A stretch of 64,000 nucleotides of DNA from Eledone cirrhosa (GCA_964016885.1 OZ024753.1:16926001-16990000); one strand, 5' to 3'; counted from the stretch's first letter, positions 1 through 13,999 are shown. Notes: generated by a model from the letters alone, not told the origin. Program-made: numbers and translations.

Positions 1-54
1 TGCCATACGGTGTTAAGGCAACCACGTCACCTTTTTGTTCAACACTGACACAGG

Positions 55-99
55 AACGATGTACTAGTTTCAAGCTTGTTAGCTATCATCAGCACCGTT
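55..99 (-). ncRNA. Minimal type I hammerhead ribozyme
   Basis: Minus strand reads AACGGUG-CUGAUGA-uAGCUaacaAGCUu-GAAA-CUAGUA-CAUCGUU: canonical core, 7-bp stem I, 4-bp stem II, palindromic ACUAGU stem III and a GUA cleavage triplet. Confidence 0.85.
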
Positions 100-515
100 T
101 ACCCATCTGCCAGATAGTTGAACGTTCGAAAGTATATACTATCCTTAATGAAAATTAACGGCTGAGCAGCCTAATTTGCATATTGAGTGAGTTAAATCGG
201 TCAGGCATACCGAAAACGATAAATTGAAACAAAATGAAAACGAAATTTCATTTCTCACTCTTAGTATGGCACTTACTTAAATGTAAGTATGCATGTATAC
301 GTACATACACATATGTATACAGACGTACAGTAGCATGCACATATATATATACATATATATATACATATGCATACAGGTACACATACATATATGCACGTAT
401 CAGTTTAGCGGCGCTAACGTCGCTTTGTTCGTTTGTAAACAAACTGAACAGCCTGAATTTATGCCATACGGTGTTAAGGCAACCACGTCACCTTTTTGTT
501 CAACACTGACACAGG

Positions 516-560
516 AACGATGTACTAGTTTCAAGCTTGTTAGCTATCATCAGCACCGTT
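516..560 (-). ncRNA. Minimal type I hammerhead ribozyme (second tandem copy)
   Basis: Identical to 55-99, offset by 461 bp. Confidence 0.85.
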
Positions 561-930
561 TACCCATCTGCCAGATAGTTGAACGTTCGAAAGTATATAC
601 TTTACTTATGAAAATTAACGGCTGAGCAGCCTAATTTGCATATTGAGTGAGTTAAATCGGTCAGGCATACCGAAAACGATAAATTGAAACAAAATGAAAA
701 CGAAATTTCATTTCTCACAATAACCTCCCCCAAAAGACAGGAAAAAGTGAACAATGATAAAACGAAAGGGACGAACCCTTTACAAATGTCAAGGTGGGTG
801 TCTTTACATCAATATTACCGTCATACTTCACTGGTTTCCTTAGTTGGGGAGGATGCGGTTATTATTGTAATCTCTCTAAGCCGCTTTCTTTGATGTGATA
901 TTTCTGGGCTTTTTAAAAAGTATTATGGCG

Positions 931-3900
931 AGTAACATGTAGTGTCTTGTATGTAGCATGGTTAGTATTATAGTAACATGTAGTGTCTTGTATGTAGCAT
1001 GGTTAAGAAGTCCCCTAGTATTATAGTAACATGTAGTGTCTTGTATGTAGCATGGTTAAGAAGTCCCCTAGTATTATAGTAACATGTAGTGTCTTGTATG
1101 TAGCATGGTTAAGAAGTCCCCTAGTATTATAGTAACATGTAGTGTCTTGTATGTAGCATAGTTAGTATTATAGTAACATGTAGTGTCTAGGACTTATCAT
1201 GGTTAAGACATCCCCTAGTATTATAGTAACATGTAGTGTCTAGGACTTATCATGGTTAAGACATCCCCTAGTATTATAGTAACATGTAGTGTCTAGGACT
1301 TATCATGGTTAAGACATCCCCTAGTATTATAGTAACACGTAGTGTCTAGGACTTATCATGGTTAAGACATCCCCTAGTATTATAGTAACATGTAGTGTCT
1401 AGGACTTATCATGGTTAAGACATCCCCTAGTATTATAGTAACATGTAGTGTCTAGGACTTATCATGGTTAAGACATCCCCTAGTATTATAGTAACATGTA
1501 GTGTCTAGGATGTAGCATGGTTAAGACATCCCCTAGTATTATAGTAACATGTGGTGTCTAGAACAGAGCATAGTTAAGAAGTCCCTAGTATTATAGTAAC
1601 ATGTGGTGTCTAGAACAGAGCATAGTTAAGAAGTCCCCTAGTATTATAGTAACATGTGGTCTCTAGGATGTAGCATGGTTAAGAAGTCTCCTAGTATTAT
1701 AGTAACATGTAGTGTCTAGGACTTATCATGGTTAAGACATCCCCTAGTATTATAGTAACATGTGGTGTCTAGGATGTAGCATGGTTAAAAAGTCCCCTAG
1801 TATTATAGTAACATGTGGTGTCTAGAACAGAGCATAGTTAAGAAGTCCCCTAGTATTATAGTAACATGTGGTGTCTAGAACAGAGCATAGTTAAGAAGTC
1901 CCTAGTATTATAGTAACATGTGGTGTCTAGAACAGAGCATAGTTAAGAAGTCCCCTAGTATTATAGTAACATGTGGTGTCTAGAACAGAGCATAGTTAAG
2001 AAGTCCCCTAGTATTATAGTAACATGTAGTGTCTAGGATGTAGCATGGTTAAGAAGTCCCCTAGTATTATAGTAACATGTGGTGTCTAGAACAGAGCATA
2101 GTTAAGTCCCCTAGTATTATAGTAACATGTGGTGTCTAGGACAGAGCATGGTTAAGAAGTCCCCTAGTATTATAGTAACATGTGGTGTCTAGGACAAAGC
2201 ATAGTTAAGAAGTCCCCTAGTATTATAGTAACATGTGGTGTCTAGAACAGAGCATAGTTAAGAAGTCCCCTAGTATTATAGTAACATGTGGTGTCTAGGA
2301 TGTAGCATGGTTAAGAAGTCCCCTAGTATTATAGTAACATGTGGTGTCTAGGACAGAGCATAGTTAAGTCCCCTAGTATTATAGTAACATGTGGTGTCTA
2401 GAACAGAGCATAGTTAAGTCCCCTAGTATTATAGTAACATGTGGTGTCTAGGACAGAGCATAGTTCAGAAGTCCCCTAGTATTATAGTAACATTTTTTGT
2501 CTAGGATGTAGCATGGTTAAGAAGTCCCCTAGTATTATAGTAACATGTGGTGTCTAGGATGTAGCATGGTTAAGAAGTCCCCTAGTATTATAGTAACATG
2601 TGGTGTCTAGGACAGAGCATAGTTAAGAAGTCCCTAGTATTATAGTAACATGTGGTGTCTAGAACAGAGCATAAAGTCCCCTAGTATTATAGTAACATGT
2701 GGTGTCTAGGACAGAGCATAGTTCAGAAGTCCCCTAGTATTATAGTAACATGTGGTGTCTAGGATGTAGCATGGTTAAGAAGTCCCCTAGTATTATAGTA
2801 ACATGTGGTGTCTAGGATGTAGCATGGTTAAGAAGTCCCCTAGTATTATAGTAACATGTGGTGTCTAGAACAGAGCATAGTTAAGTCCCCTAGTATTATA
2901 GTAACATGTGGTGTCTAGGACAGAGCATAGTTAAGAAGTCCCCTAGTATTATAGTAACATGTGGTGTCTAGGATGTAGCATGGTTAAGAAGTCCCCTAGT
3001 ATTATAGTAACATTTTTTGTCTAGGATGTAGCATGGTTAAGAAGTCCCTAGTATTATAGTAACATGTGGTGTCTAGAACAGAGCATAGTTAAGAAGTCCC
3101 CTAGTATTATAGTAACATGTGGTGTCTAGGATGTAGCATGGTTAAGAAGTCCCCTAGTATTATAGTAACATGTGGTGTCTAGAACAGAGCATAGTTAAGA
3201 AGTCCCCTAGTATTATAGTAACATGTGGTGTCTAGAACAGAGCATAGTTAAGAAGTCCCCTAGTATTATAGTAACATGTGGTGTCTAGAACAGAGCATAG
3301 TTAAGAAGTCCCCTAGTATTATAGTAACATGTGGTGTCTAGGATGTAGCATGGTTAAGAAGTCCCCTAGTATTATAGTAACATGTGGTGTCTAGAACAGA
3401 GCATAGTTAAGAAGTCCCCTAGTATTATAGTAACATGTGGTGTCTAGGACAGAGCATAGTTAAGAAGTCCTAGTATTATAGTAACATGTGGTGTCTAGGA
3501 CAGAGCATAGTTAAGAAGTCCCCTAGTATTATAGTAACATGTGGTGTCTAGGATGTAGCATGGTTAAGAAGTCCCCTAGTATTATAGTAACATGTGGTGT
3601 CTAGGACAGAGCATAGTTAAGAAGTCCCTAGTATTATAGTAACATGTGGTGTCTAGAACAGAGCATAGTTAAGTCCCCTAGTATTATAGTAACATGTGGT
3701 GTCTAGGACAGAGCATAGTTAAGAAGTCCCTAGTATTATAGTAACATGTGGTGTCTAGAACAGAGCATAGTTAAGTCCCCTAGTATTATAGTAACATGTG
3801 GTGTCTAGGACAGAGCATAGTTAAGAAGTCCCCTAGTATTATAGTAACATGTGGTGTCTAAGATGTAGCATGGTTAAGAAGTCCCCTAGTATTATAGTAA

Positions 3901-4085
3901 CATGTGGTGTCTAGGATGTAGCATGGTTAAGAAGTCCCCTAGTATTATAGTAACATGTGGTGTCTAGGATGTAGCATGGTTAAGAAGTCCCTAGTATTAT
4001 AGTAACATGTGGTGTCTAGAACAGAGCATAGTTAAGAAGTCCCCTAGTATTATAGTAACATGTGGTGTCTAGGACAGAGCATGGT
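931..4085. repeat. 53-bp minisatellite, about 60 copies
   Basis: Unit AGTCCCCTAGTATTATAGTAACATGTGGTGTCTAGGACAGAGCATAGTTAAGA, with blocks of variant units. Confidence 0.97.
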
Positions 4086-4230
4086 CGAATGGTTGAAACA
4101 TTTGTTTCGTGATCATTAAGTTACGGGTTCGATCCTACTATCGTAGCATCTTGTGCAAGTATATTTTACCATATCTTCGCATTGACCCATTCCTTGTGTG
4201 TGAAATTGGGTAGACAGGTACTGTTTGGTC
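4076..4230 (+). mobile_element. Degenerate tRNA-derived SINE
   Basis: A-box-like TGGTCGAATGG and B-box GGTTCGATCC, then a CTTGTGCAAGT core-like segment and TTGGGTAGAC tail. Confidence 0.6.
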
Positions 4231-4239
4231 GGATGGAAT

Positions 4240-4362
4240 GCACCTGTAATTCAAAGGACTTCACAATCTACCTGTAACTTAAAGTGCCATTCAATCTACC
4301 TGTAATTTAAAGTGTCATACAATCTACCTGTAACTCAAACTACTTCACAATCTACCTGTACT
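4240..4362. repeat. Short ~28-bp tandem repeat, 4-5 copies
   Basis: Recurrent CAATCTACCTGTAA motif. Confidence 0.75.
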
Positions 4363-4505
4363 TATGAAATGATTCTCTATTTCTTAGGTATTCTCTTATG
4401 TGTCTGTAAAGTTGTTTCTACGTTGATTACATTACATATATTTGGGTTTGTGGTTAGGTGGCGAACTGGCAGAGTCGCTAGAATATCAGATAGAATGTTT
4501 TACAG

Positions 4506-5754
4506 CAGGGGCGTGCAAAGGCGGCCTGCGGGCCACAATCCGGCCCGGCAGACCAGTCCGAGTGGCCCGCGATGACCGTTTTTAATTTTTACCTTGTAGG
4601 CTTATTTAGAATTTTTTTCATAACCGCAATACTTCTGTTAGTTGACCTATGCTAAAGGGCTTCACTGATAGGGTTATGTGTGTTATAGTTTCCCAGTTGA
4701 CCTATACTAAAGGGTTTCACTGATAGGGTTATGTGTGTTATAGTTTCCCAGTTGACCTATACTAAAGGGCTTCACTGATAGGGTTATGTGTGTTATAGTT
4801 TCCCAGTTGACCTATACTAAAGGGTTTCACTGATAGGGTTATGTGTGTTATAGTTTCCCAGTTGACCTATGCTAAAGGGCTTCACTGATAGGGTTATGTG
4901 TGTTATAGTTTCCCAGTTGACCTATACTAAAGGGTTTCACTGATAGGGTTATGTGTGTTATAGTTTCCCAGTTGACCTATACTAAAGGGCTTCACTGATA
5001 GGGTTATGTGTGTTATAGTTTCGCAGTTGACCTATACTAAAGGGCTTCACTGATAGGGTTATGTGTGTTATAGTTTCCCAGTTGACCTATACTAAAGGGC
5101 TTCACTGATAGGGTTATGTGTGTTATAGTTTCCCAGTTGACCTATACTAAAAGGCTTCACTGATAGGGTTATGTGTGTTATAGTTTCCCAGTTGACCTAT
5201 ACTAAAGGGCTTCACTGATAGGGTTATGTGTGTTATAGTTTCCCAGTTGACCTATACTCAAGGGCTTCACTGATAGGGTTATGTGTGATATAGTTTCCCA
5301 GTTGACCTATACTAAAGGGCTTCACTGATAGGGTTATGTGTGTTATAATTTCCCAGTTGACCTATACTAAAGGGTTTCAATGATAGGGTTATGTGTGTTA
5401 TAGTTTCCAAGTTGACCTATACTAAAGGGCTTCACTGATAGGGTTATGTGTGTTATAGTTTCCCAGTTGACCTATACTCAAGGGCTTCACTGATAGGGTT
5501 ATGTGTGATATAGTTTCCCAGTTGACCTATACTAAAGGGTTTCACTGATAGGGTTATGTGTGTTATAATTTCCCAGTTGACCTATACTAAAGGGTTTCAC
5601 TGATAAGGTTATGTGTGTTATAGTTTCCCAGTTCTATGTTATGGAAAGAAATTGTGCTGAATCTTTGGAATAGTGCTTAATAAATATTAACGGCCCTAAT
5701 AGTTGTTGCAATGTTCAAATGTGGCCTGCCACTGGAATATGTTGCACACCTCTG
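4506..5754. mobile_element. hAT (Charlie/Buster-like) non-autonomous element
   Basis: Imperfect TIRs CAGGGGCGTGCAA and TTGCACACCTCTG. 8-bp TSD TTTTACAG / CTTTACAG with central TA. GCGGGCC/CGGCCC subterminal motifs. Confidence 0.8.
4640..5593. repeat. 55-bp minisatellite inside the hAT element, about 17 copies
   Basis: Unit AGTTGACCTATACTAAAGGGCTTCACTGATAGGGTTATGTGTGTTATAGTTTCCC. Confidence 0.97.
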
Positions 5755-6662
5755 CTTTACAGTAGTCATTCCAGCGCTGTCAGATAGAATGCTTTACAGT
5801 AGTCATTCCAGCGCTATCAGATAGAATGCTTTACAGTAGTCATTCCAGCGCTATCAGATAGAATGCTTTACAGTAGTCATTCCAGCGCTATCAGATAGAA
5901 TGTTTTACAGTAGTCATTCCAGCGCTATCAGATAGAATGCTTTACAGTAGTCATTCCAGCGCTATCAGATAGAATGTTTTACGGTAGTCATTCCAGCGCT
6001 GTCAGATAGAATGTTTTACAGTATTCATTCCAGCGCTATCAGATAGAATGTTTTACAGTAGTCATTCCAGCGCTGTCAGATAGAATGCTTTACAGTAGTC
6101 ATTCCAGCGCTATCAGATAGAATGTTTTACAGTAGTCATTCCAGCGCTATCAGATAGAATGCTTTACAGTAGTCATTCCAGCGCTATCAGATAGAATGTT
6201 TTACAGTAGTCATTCCAGCGCTATCAGATAGAATGCTTTACAGTAGTCATTCCAGCGCTATCAGATAGAATGTTTTACAGTAGTCATTCCAGCGCTATCA
6301 GATAGAATGCTTTACAGTAGTCATTCCAGCGCTATCAGATAGAATGTTTTACAGTAGTCATTCCAGCGCTATCAGATAGAATGCTTTACAGTAGTCATTC
6401 CAGCGCTGTCAGATAGAATGTTTTACAGTAGTCATTCCAGCGCTATCAGATAGAATGTTTTACAGTAGTCATTCCAGCGCTGTCAGATAGAATGTTTTAC
6501 AGTAGTCATTCCAGCGCTATCAGATAGAATGCTTTACAGTAGTCATTCCAGCGCTATCTGATAGAATGCTTTACAGTAGTCATTCCAGCGCTATCAGATA
6601 GAATGCTTTACAGTATTCATTCCAGCGCTGTCAGATAGAATGTTTTACAGTAGTCATTCCAG
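5755..6662. repeat. 37-bp minisatellite, about 24 copies
   Basis: Unit YTTTACAGTAGTCATTCCAGCGCTRTCAGATAGAATG. Confidence 0.97.
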
Positions 6663-6946
6663 AGCTCCTCTCTCTCTGAATCTAAATTTCCCCCGAGCTC
6701 AACTTTGCCCTTCATCCTTTCAAGGTCGATAAAACAAGTACCAGACCAGTACTGCAATGTTTTCTTTTCTATCTCTTTCTTACCCCCTCTATCTCACTCC
6801 CTCTATCTCACTCTTTCTCTATCTCACTCCTTCTCTCTGTCTCTGGAAGAAATGGACTGATTTGGAGAGGAAATGAGCCCAGCCAGGTTTAAAGTCGGGT
6901 CAACGCCCCCACAGCTCCATCAGGAGTTACGGCCCATATCTACATA

Positions 6947-7144
6947 CGTGGGTGGGCTGAAATGTACATATGCTAACTACGAAGGAGTGATGTTAGAGTT
7001 GTGAAATCTTGCAGGCATTAATTTCAAAATTTCTTATTAATAACTGCATTGTGTCTTTCTGGGGACTATGTTGAAAACTAAACCTCATTTGGTTATTCCG
7101 TGAGAGTATCTTGGTCAGCCTATGAACTTTTCAGCCAACCCTCG
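6947..7144. mobile_element. Tc1/mariner MITE, followed by a second 3'-end fragment (7147-7225)
   Basis: TA-flanked imperfect TIRs: CGTGGGTGGGCTGAAATGTACATATGCT versus the reverse complement CGAGGGTTGGCTGAAAAGTTCATAGGCT. Confidence 0.75.
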
Positions 7145-7292
7145 TATATTGAAAAATAAACGTGATTTAGTTATTTCATGAGAGGATCCTGGTCAGCCTA
7201 TGACCTTTTCGGCTGACACTTGTATATATATGCTTTAGTTAACAGTTCAGGAGTTTAGAGTTAGTTTCGTTGTTGCATAGCTATGTATTTTT

Positions 7293-7472
7293 ATTTTGGT
7301 GGTGAATATAAAGTACTTTGTTTTGGCTGTGAATATAAAGTACTTTGTTTTGGCTGTGAATATAAAGTACTTTGTTTTGTCTGTGAATATAAAGTACTTT
7401 GTTTTGGCTGTGAATATAAAGCACTTGTTTTGGTGGTGAATATAAAGTACTTTGTTTTGGTGGTGAATATAA
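7293..7472. repeat. 27-bp tandem repeat, about 6.5 copies
   Basis: Unit TTTTGGCTGTGAATATAAAGTACTTTG. Confidence 0.9.
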
Positions 7473-7646
7473 ATGTTCGGTAAATCGATACGTGCATATA
7501 TATAGTGTGCATGTATGTATATATATATATACATACTACTGTACGTCTGTATACATATATGTATGTACGTATACATACATACTTACATTTAAGTAAGTGC
7601 CGTACTAAGAGTGAGATATGAAATTTCGTTTCATTCTATTCCATTT
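7470..7646 (+). mobile_element. 3' fragment of the 461-bp hammerhead element, opposite orientation
   Basis: Approximate reverse complement of 7737-7894, ending in (TA)n. Confidence 0.8.
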
Positions 7647-7647
7647 A

Positions 7648-7734
<87 letters not shown>

Positions 7735-7739
<5 letters not shown>

Positions 7740-8214
7740 GAATAGAATGAAACGAAATTTCATTTCTCACCCTTAGTACGGCACTTACTTAAATGTAAGT
7801 ATGTATGTATACGTACATACATATATGTATACAGACGTACAGTAGTATGTATATATATATATATACATGCACGTATCGGTTTACCGAACATTTATTATAA
7901 TGATCGGCTTGTTTGTTTGTAAACAAACAAACAGCCCGAATTACGCCGTACAGTGTTTAGGCAACCACGTCACCGTTTTGTTCAACACTGACACAGGAAC
8001 GATGTACTAGTTTCAAGCTTATTAGCTATCGTCAGCATCCTATACCTTCCTGCCAGATGGATGAACGTCTGAAAGTATATACTTTCCTTATGCATATTAA
8101 CGGCTGAGCAGCCTAATTTGCACATCGAGTGAGTTAGTCGGCTGGGCGCACCGAAAACGATAAATGGAATAGAATGAAACGAAATTCCATTTCTCACTCT
8201 TAGTACGGCACTTA
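7735..8214 (-). mobile_element. About 1.1 monomer of the hammerhead element, with a ~50-bp terminal direct repeat, embedded in (TA)n
   Basis: ATGGAATAGAATGAAACGAAAT...TTAGTACGGCACTTA occurs at both 7737 and 8165. Homologous to 1-717. Confidence 0.8.
7998..8040 (-). ncRNA. Minimal type I hammerhead ribozyme (third copy)
   Basis: GAUG-CUGACGA-uAGCUaauaAGCUu-GAAA-CUAGUA-CAUC. Core and stem II changes fall at the free N7 position and in the loop. The stem I G-U pair becomes A-U and stem I is shortened to 4 bp. Confidence 0.8.
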
Positions 8215-8226
8215 TATATATCTATA

Positions 8227-8265
<39 letters not shown>

Positions 8266-9172
8266 GCATATATATATGTATATGCATATATATATGTATA
8301 TGCATATATATATGTATATGCATATATATATATATATATATGTGTATGCATATATATGTATATGCATATATATGTATATGCATATATATGTATATGCATA
8401 TATATATATGTATATGCATATATATATATGTATATGCATATATATATATATATATATGTATATGCATATATATATATGTATATGCATATATATATATATA
8501 TGCATATATATATATATATATGTATATGCATATATATATATGTATATGCATATATATATATATATGCATATATATATATATATATATATATGCATATATA
8601 TATATATATGTATATGCATATATATATATATATGTATATGCATATATATATGTATATGCATATATATATGTATATGCATATATATATGTATATGCATATA
8701 TATATGTATATGCATATATATATGTATATGCATATATATATGTATATGCATATATATATATATATGTATATGCATATATATATATATATGTATATGCATA
8801 TATATATATATATATATATGTATATGCATATATATATATATATATATATGCATATATATATATATATATATATGTATATGCATATATATATATATATATA
8901 TATGCATATATATATATATATATATATATGTATATGCATATATATATATATATATCTATATATATGTATATATATGTATATATATATATATATATCTATA
9001 TATATGTATATATATGTATATATATATATATATCTATATATATGTATATATATATATATATCTATATATATGTATATATATATATATATATCTATATATA
9101 TGTATATATATGTATATATATATATATATCTATATATATGTATATATATGTATATATATATATATATCTATA

Positions 9173-9205
<33 letters not shown>

Positions 9206-9784
9206 CTATATATATGTATATATATGTATATATATGTATATATATCTATATATATGTATATATATGTATATATATGTATATATATATGTATATATATATG
9301 TATATATATGTATATATATATATGTATATATATATGTATATATATATGTATATATATATGTATATATATATGTATATATATGTATATATATATGTATATA
9401 TATATGTATATATATATGTATATATATATGTATATATACATGTATATATACATGTATATATATATGTATATATATATGTATATATATATGTATATATATA
9501 TGTATATATATATGTATATATATATGTATATATATATGTATATATATATGTATATATGTATATATATATGTATATATGTATGTATATATGTATATATATA
9601 CGTATATATGTATATATATACGTATATATATATATGTATATATGTATATATATATATATGTATATATGTATGTATATATGTATGTATATATGTATGTATA
9701 TATGTATGTATATATGTATGTATATATGTATGTATATATGTATGTATATATGTATGTATATATGTGTATGTATATATGTGTATG

Positions 9785-9822
<38 letters not shown>

Positions 9823-9950
9823 TATGTATATATATATATGTATATGTGTATATATATATGTATATATATATATGTATATATATATATGTGTATATATATA
9901 TGTATATATATATATGTGTATATATATATGTGTGTATATATATATGTGTG

Positions 9951-9989
<39 letters not shown>

Positions 9990-10036
9990 GTATATATATA
10001 TATATGTATATATATATATGTGTATATATATATATG

Positions 10037-10073
<37 letters not shown>

Positions 10074-10824
10074 GTATATATATATATATGTATGTATATA
10101 TATGTATATATATATATGTGTATATATATATATGTGTATATATATATATGTGTATATATATATATGTGTATATATATATGTGTATATATATATGTGTATA
10201 TATATATGTGTATATATATATGTGTATATATATATGTGTATATATATATGTGTATATATATATGTATATATATATATGTATATATATATGTGTATATATA
10301 TATGTATATATATATGTGTATATATATATGTATATATATATGTATATATGTATATATATATGTATATATATATATGTATGTGCATATATATATATATGTA
10401 TGTGCATATATATATATATGTATATGCATATATATGTATATATGTATGCATATATGTATGCATATATATGTATGTATATTTGTATGTATGTATATACATA
10501 TATGTATATATATATGTGTATATATATATGTGTATATATATATGTGTATATATATATGTGTATATATATATGTGTATATATATATGTGTATATATATATG
10601 TGTGTATATATATGTATATATATATGTATATGTATATATGTATATATATGTGTATATATATATATATGTGTATATATATGTATATATATATGTATATGTA
10701 TATATGTATATATATGTGTATATATATGTATATGTATGTATATATATGTATATATATGTATATATATATATGTATATATATATGTATATGTATATATATG
10801 TATATATATATGTATATATATATG

Positions 10825-10855
<31 letters not shown>

Positions 10856-11400
10856 GTATATATATATGTATATATATATATATATGTATATATATGTATA
10901 TATATATATATATGTATATATATGTATATATATGTATATATATGTATATATATCTATATATATGTATATATATGTATATATATGTATATATATATATGTA
11001 TATATATATATGTATATATATATGTATATATATATGTATATATATATGTATATATATGTGTATATATATGTGTATATATATGTGTATATATATGTATATA
11101 TATATGTATATATATATGTGTATATATATGTATATATATATGTATATATATATGTATATATATATGTATATATATATGTATATATATATGTATATATATA
11201 TGTATATATATATGTATATATATACGTATATATATATGTATATATGTATATATATATGTATATATATATGTATATATATACGTATATATATATGTATATA
11301 TGTATATATATATATGTATATATATATATGTATATATATATGTATGTATATATGTATGTATATATGTGTATGTATATATGTATGTGTATATATGTATGTG

Positions 11401-11436
<36 letters not shown>

Positions 11437-11484
11437 TATGTATATATATATATATGTATATATATATATGTGTATATATATGTG

Positions 11485-11523
<39 letters not shown>

Positions 11524-11774
11524 GTATATATATATATGTATATATATATATGTATATATATATATGTGTATATATGTATGTGTATATATGTATGTGTATA
11601 TATGTATGTATATGTATGTATATATATGTATATATATATATGTATATATATATGTATATATATATATGTGTATATATGTATGTATATATATGTATATATA
11701 TATATGTATATATATATATGTGTATATATATATGTATATATATATATGTATATATATATGTGTATATATGTATG

Positions 11775-11807
<33 letters not shown>

Positions 11808-11989
11808 GTATGTGTATGTATATATGTATGTATATATATATATGTATATATATATGTATATATATATGTATATGTATATGTATATGTATATATATATATA
11901 TGTATATGTATATATATATGTATATGTATATATATATGTATATGTATATATATATGTATATGTATATGTATATGTATATATATATATGC

Positions 11990-12026
<37 letters not shown>

Positions 12027-12066
12027 TGTATATATGTATGTATATATATATATGTATATATATATG

Positions 12067-12132
<66 letters not shown>

Positions 12133-12172
12133 TGTATATATGTATGTATATATATATATGTATATATATATG

Positions 12173-12243
<71 letters not shown>

Positions 12244-12244
12244 G

Positions 12245-12331
<87 letters not shown>

Positions 12332-12338
12332 GTGTATG

Positions 12339-12423
<85 letters not shown>

Positions 12424-12430
12424 GTGTATG

Positions 12431-12461
<31 letters not shown>

Positions 12462-12492
12462 GTATATATATATATATGTATATATATATATG

Positions 12493-12523
<31 letters not shown>

Positions 12524-12676
12524 GTGTATGTATATATATGTATATATATGTGTATGTATATATATGTATATATATATATGTATGTATGTATATATATATA
12601 TATGTATATATATATATGTATATATGTATATATATATATGTATATATATATGTATATATATATATATGTATGTATG

Positions 12677-12727
<51 letters not shown>

Positions 12728-12736
12728 GTATGTATG

Positions 12737-12771
<35 letters not shown>

Positions 12772-12772
12772 G

Positions 12773-12805
<33 letters not shown>

Positions 12806-13054
12806 GTATGTATGTATATATATGTATATATATATATATGTATGTATATATATATATACGTATATATATATATGTATGTATGTATGTATATATATATATG
12901 TATGTATGTATGTATATATATATATGTATATGTATGTATGTATGTATATATATATATGTATATGTATGTATGTATATATATATATATGTATATATATATG
13001 TATGTATATATATATATGTATGTATATATGTATATATATATATATATATATGTG

Positions 13055-13100
<46 letters not shown>

Positions 13101-13186
13101 TATATATATATATATATATATGTGTATATATATATATATATATATGTGTATATATATATATATATATATGTGTATATATATATATA

Positions 13187-13217
<31 letters not shown>

Positions 13218-13222
13218 GTGTA

Positions 13223-13253
<31 letters not shown>

Positions 13254-13382
13254 ATATATATATATGTGTATATATATATATATGTATGTATATATATATA
13301 TATGTGTGTATATATATATATATGTGTGTATATATATATATATGTGTGTATATATATATATGTATGTGTATATATATGTATG

Positions 13383-13413
<31 letters not shown>

Positions 13414-13434
13414 GTGTATGTATATATATATATG

Positions 13435-13465
<31 letters not shown>

Positions 13466-13550
13466 GTGTATGTATATATATATATATGTATGTATATATA
13501 TATATATGTGTATATATATATATATATGTGGATATATATATATATATATG

Positions 13551-13585
<35 letters not shown>

Positions 13586-13588
<3 letters not shown>

Positions 13589-13726
13589 AAGTCACCAGTT
13601 GGTGCTACTGGTAACATGTATCCCAGTACAACCTGTCCCATGGTCGGGTCGTTGGCGACTAAACTGGCAACCCCACCAAGGTTTCTTGTTGAGGAGGGTG
13701 ACTTTGGACATCCTGCAGGACTAAAA
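13586..13726 (+). mobile_element. 5' fragment of the non-autonomous RTE-derived element
   Basis: Near-identical to 14438-14578. Confidence 0.8.
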
Positions 13727-13802
13727 TATATGTATATATATATATGTATATATATGTATATATATATATATATGTATATACATATGTATGTGTATATATA
13801 TG

Positions 13803-13861
<59 letters not shown>

Positions 13862-13874
13862 ATATATATATGTA

Positions 13875-13949
<75 letters not shown>

Positions 13950-13962
13950 ATATATATATGTA

Positions 13963-13999
<37 letters not shown>

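Larger units (their letters stand above)
1..717 (-). mobile_element. Tandem 461-bp unit (about 1.5 copies visible, runs off the window start) carrying a hammerhead ribozyme; retrozyme or Penelope pseudo-LTR-like element
   Basis: 1-256 repeats almost exactly at 462-717 (period 461). Each unit has a hammerhead on the minus strand. A diverged copy lies at 7735-8214. Confidence 0.8.
4456..6755 (+). mobile_element. tRNA-derived SINE split by a hAT MITE and a minisatellite expansion
   Basis: Head GGTGGCGAACTGGCAGAGTCGCTAGA at 4457. The body resumes near 6665-6755 with CAACTTTGCCCTTCATCCTTTCAAGGTCGATAAAACAAGTACCAG, as in other SINE copies. Confidence 0.7.

Noticed and set aside
931-6662. Regular repeat arrays as possible CRISPR arrays
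   Set aside because: Units are head-to-tail with no unique spacers, there are no cas genes, and the context is eukaryotic.
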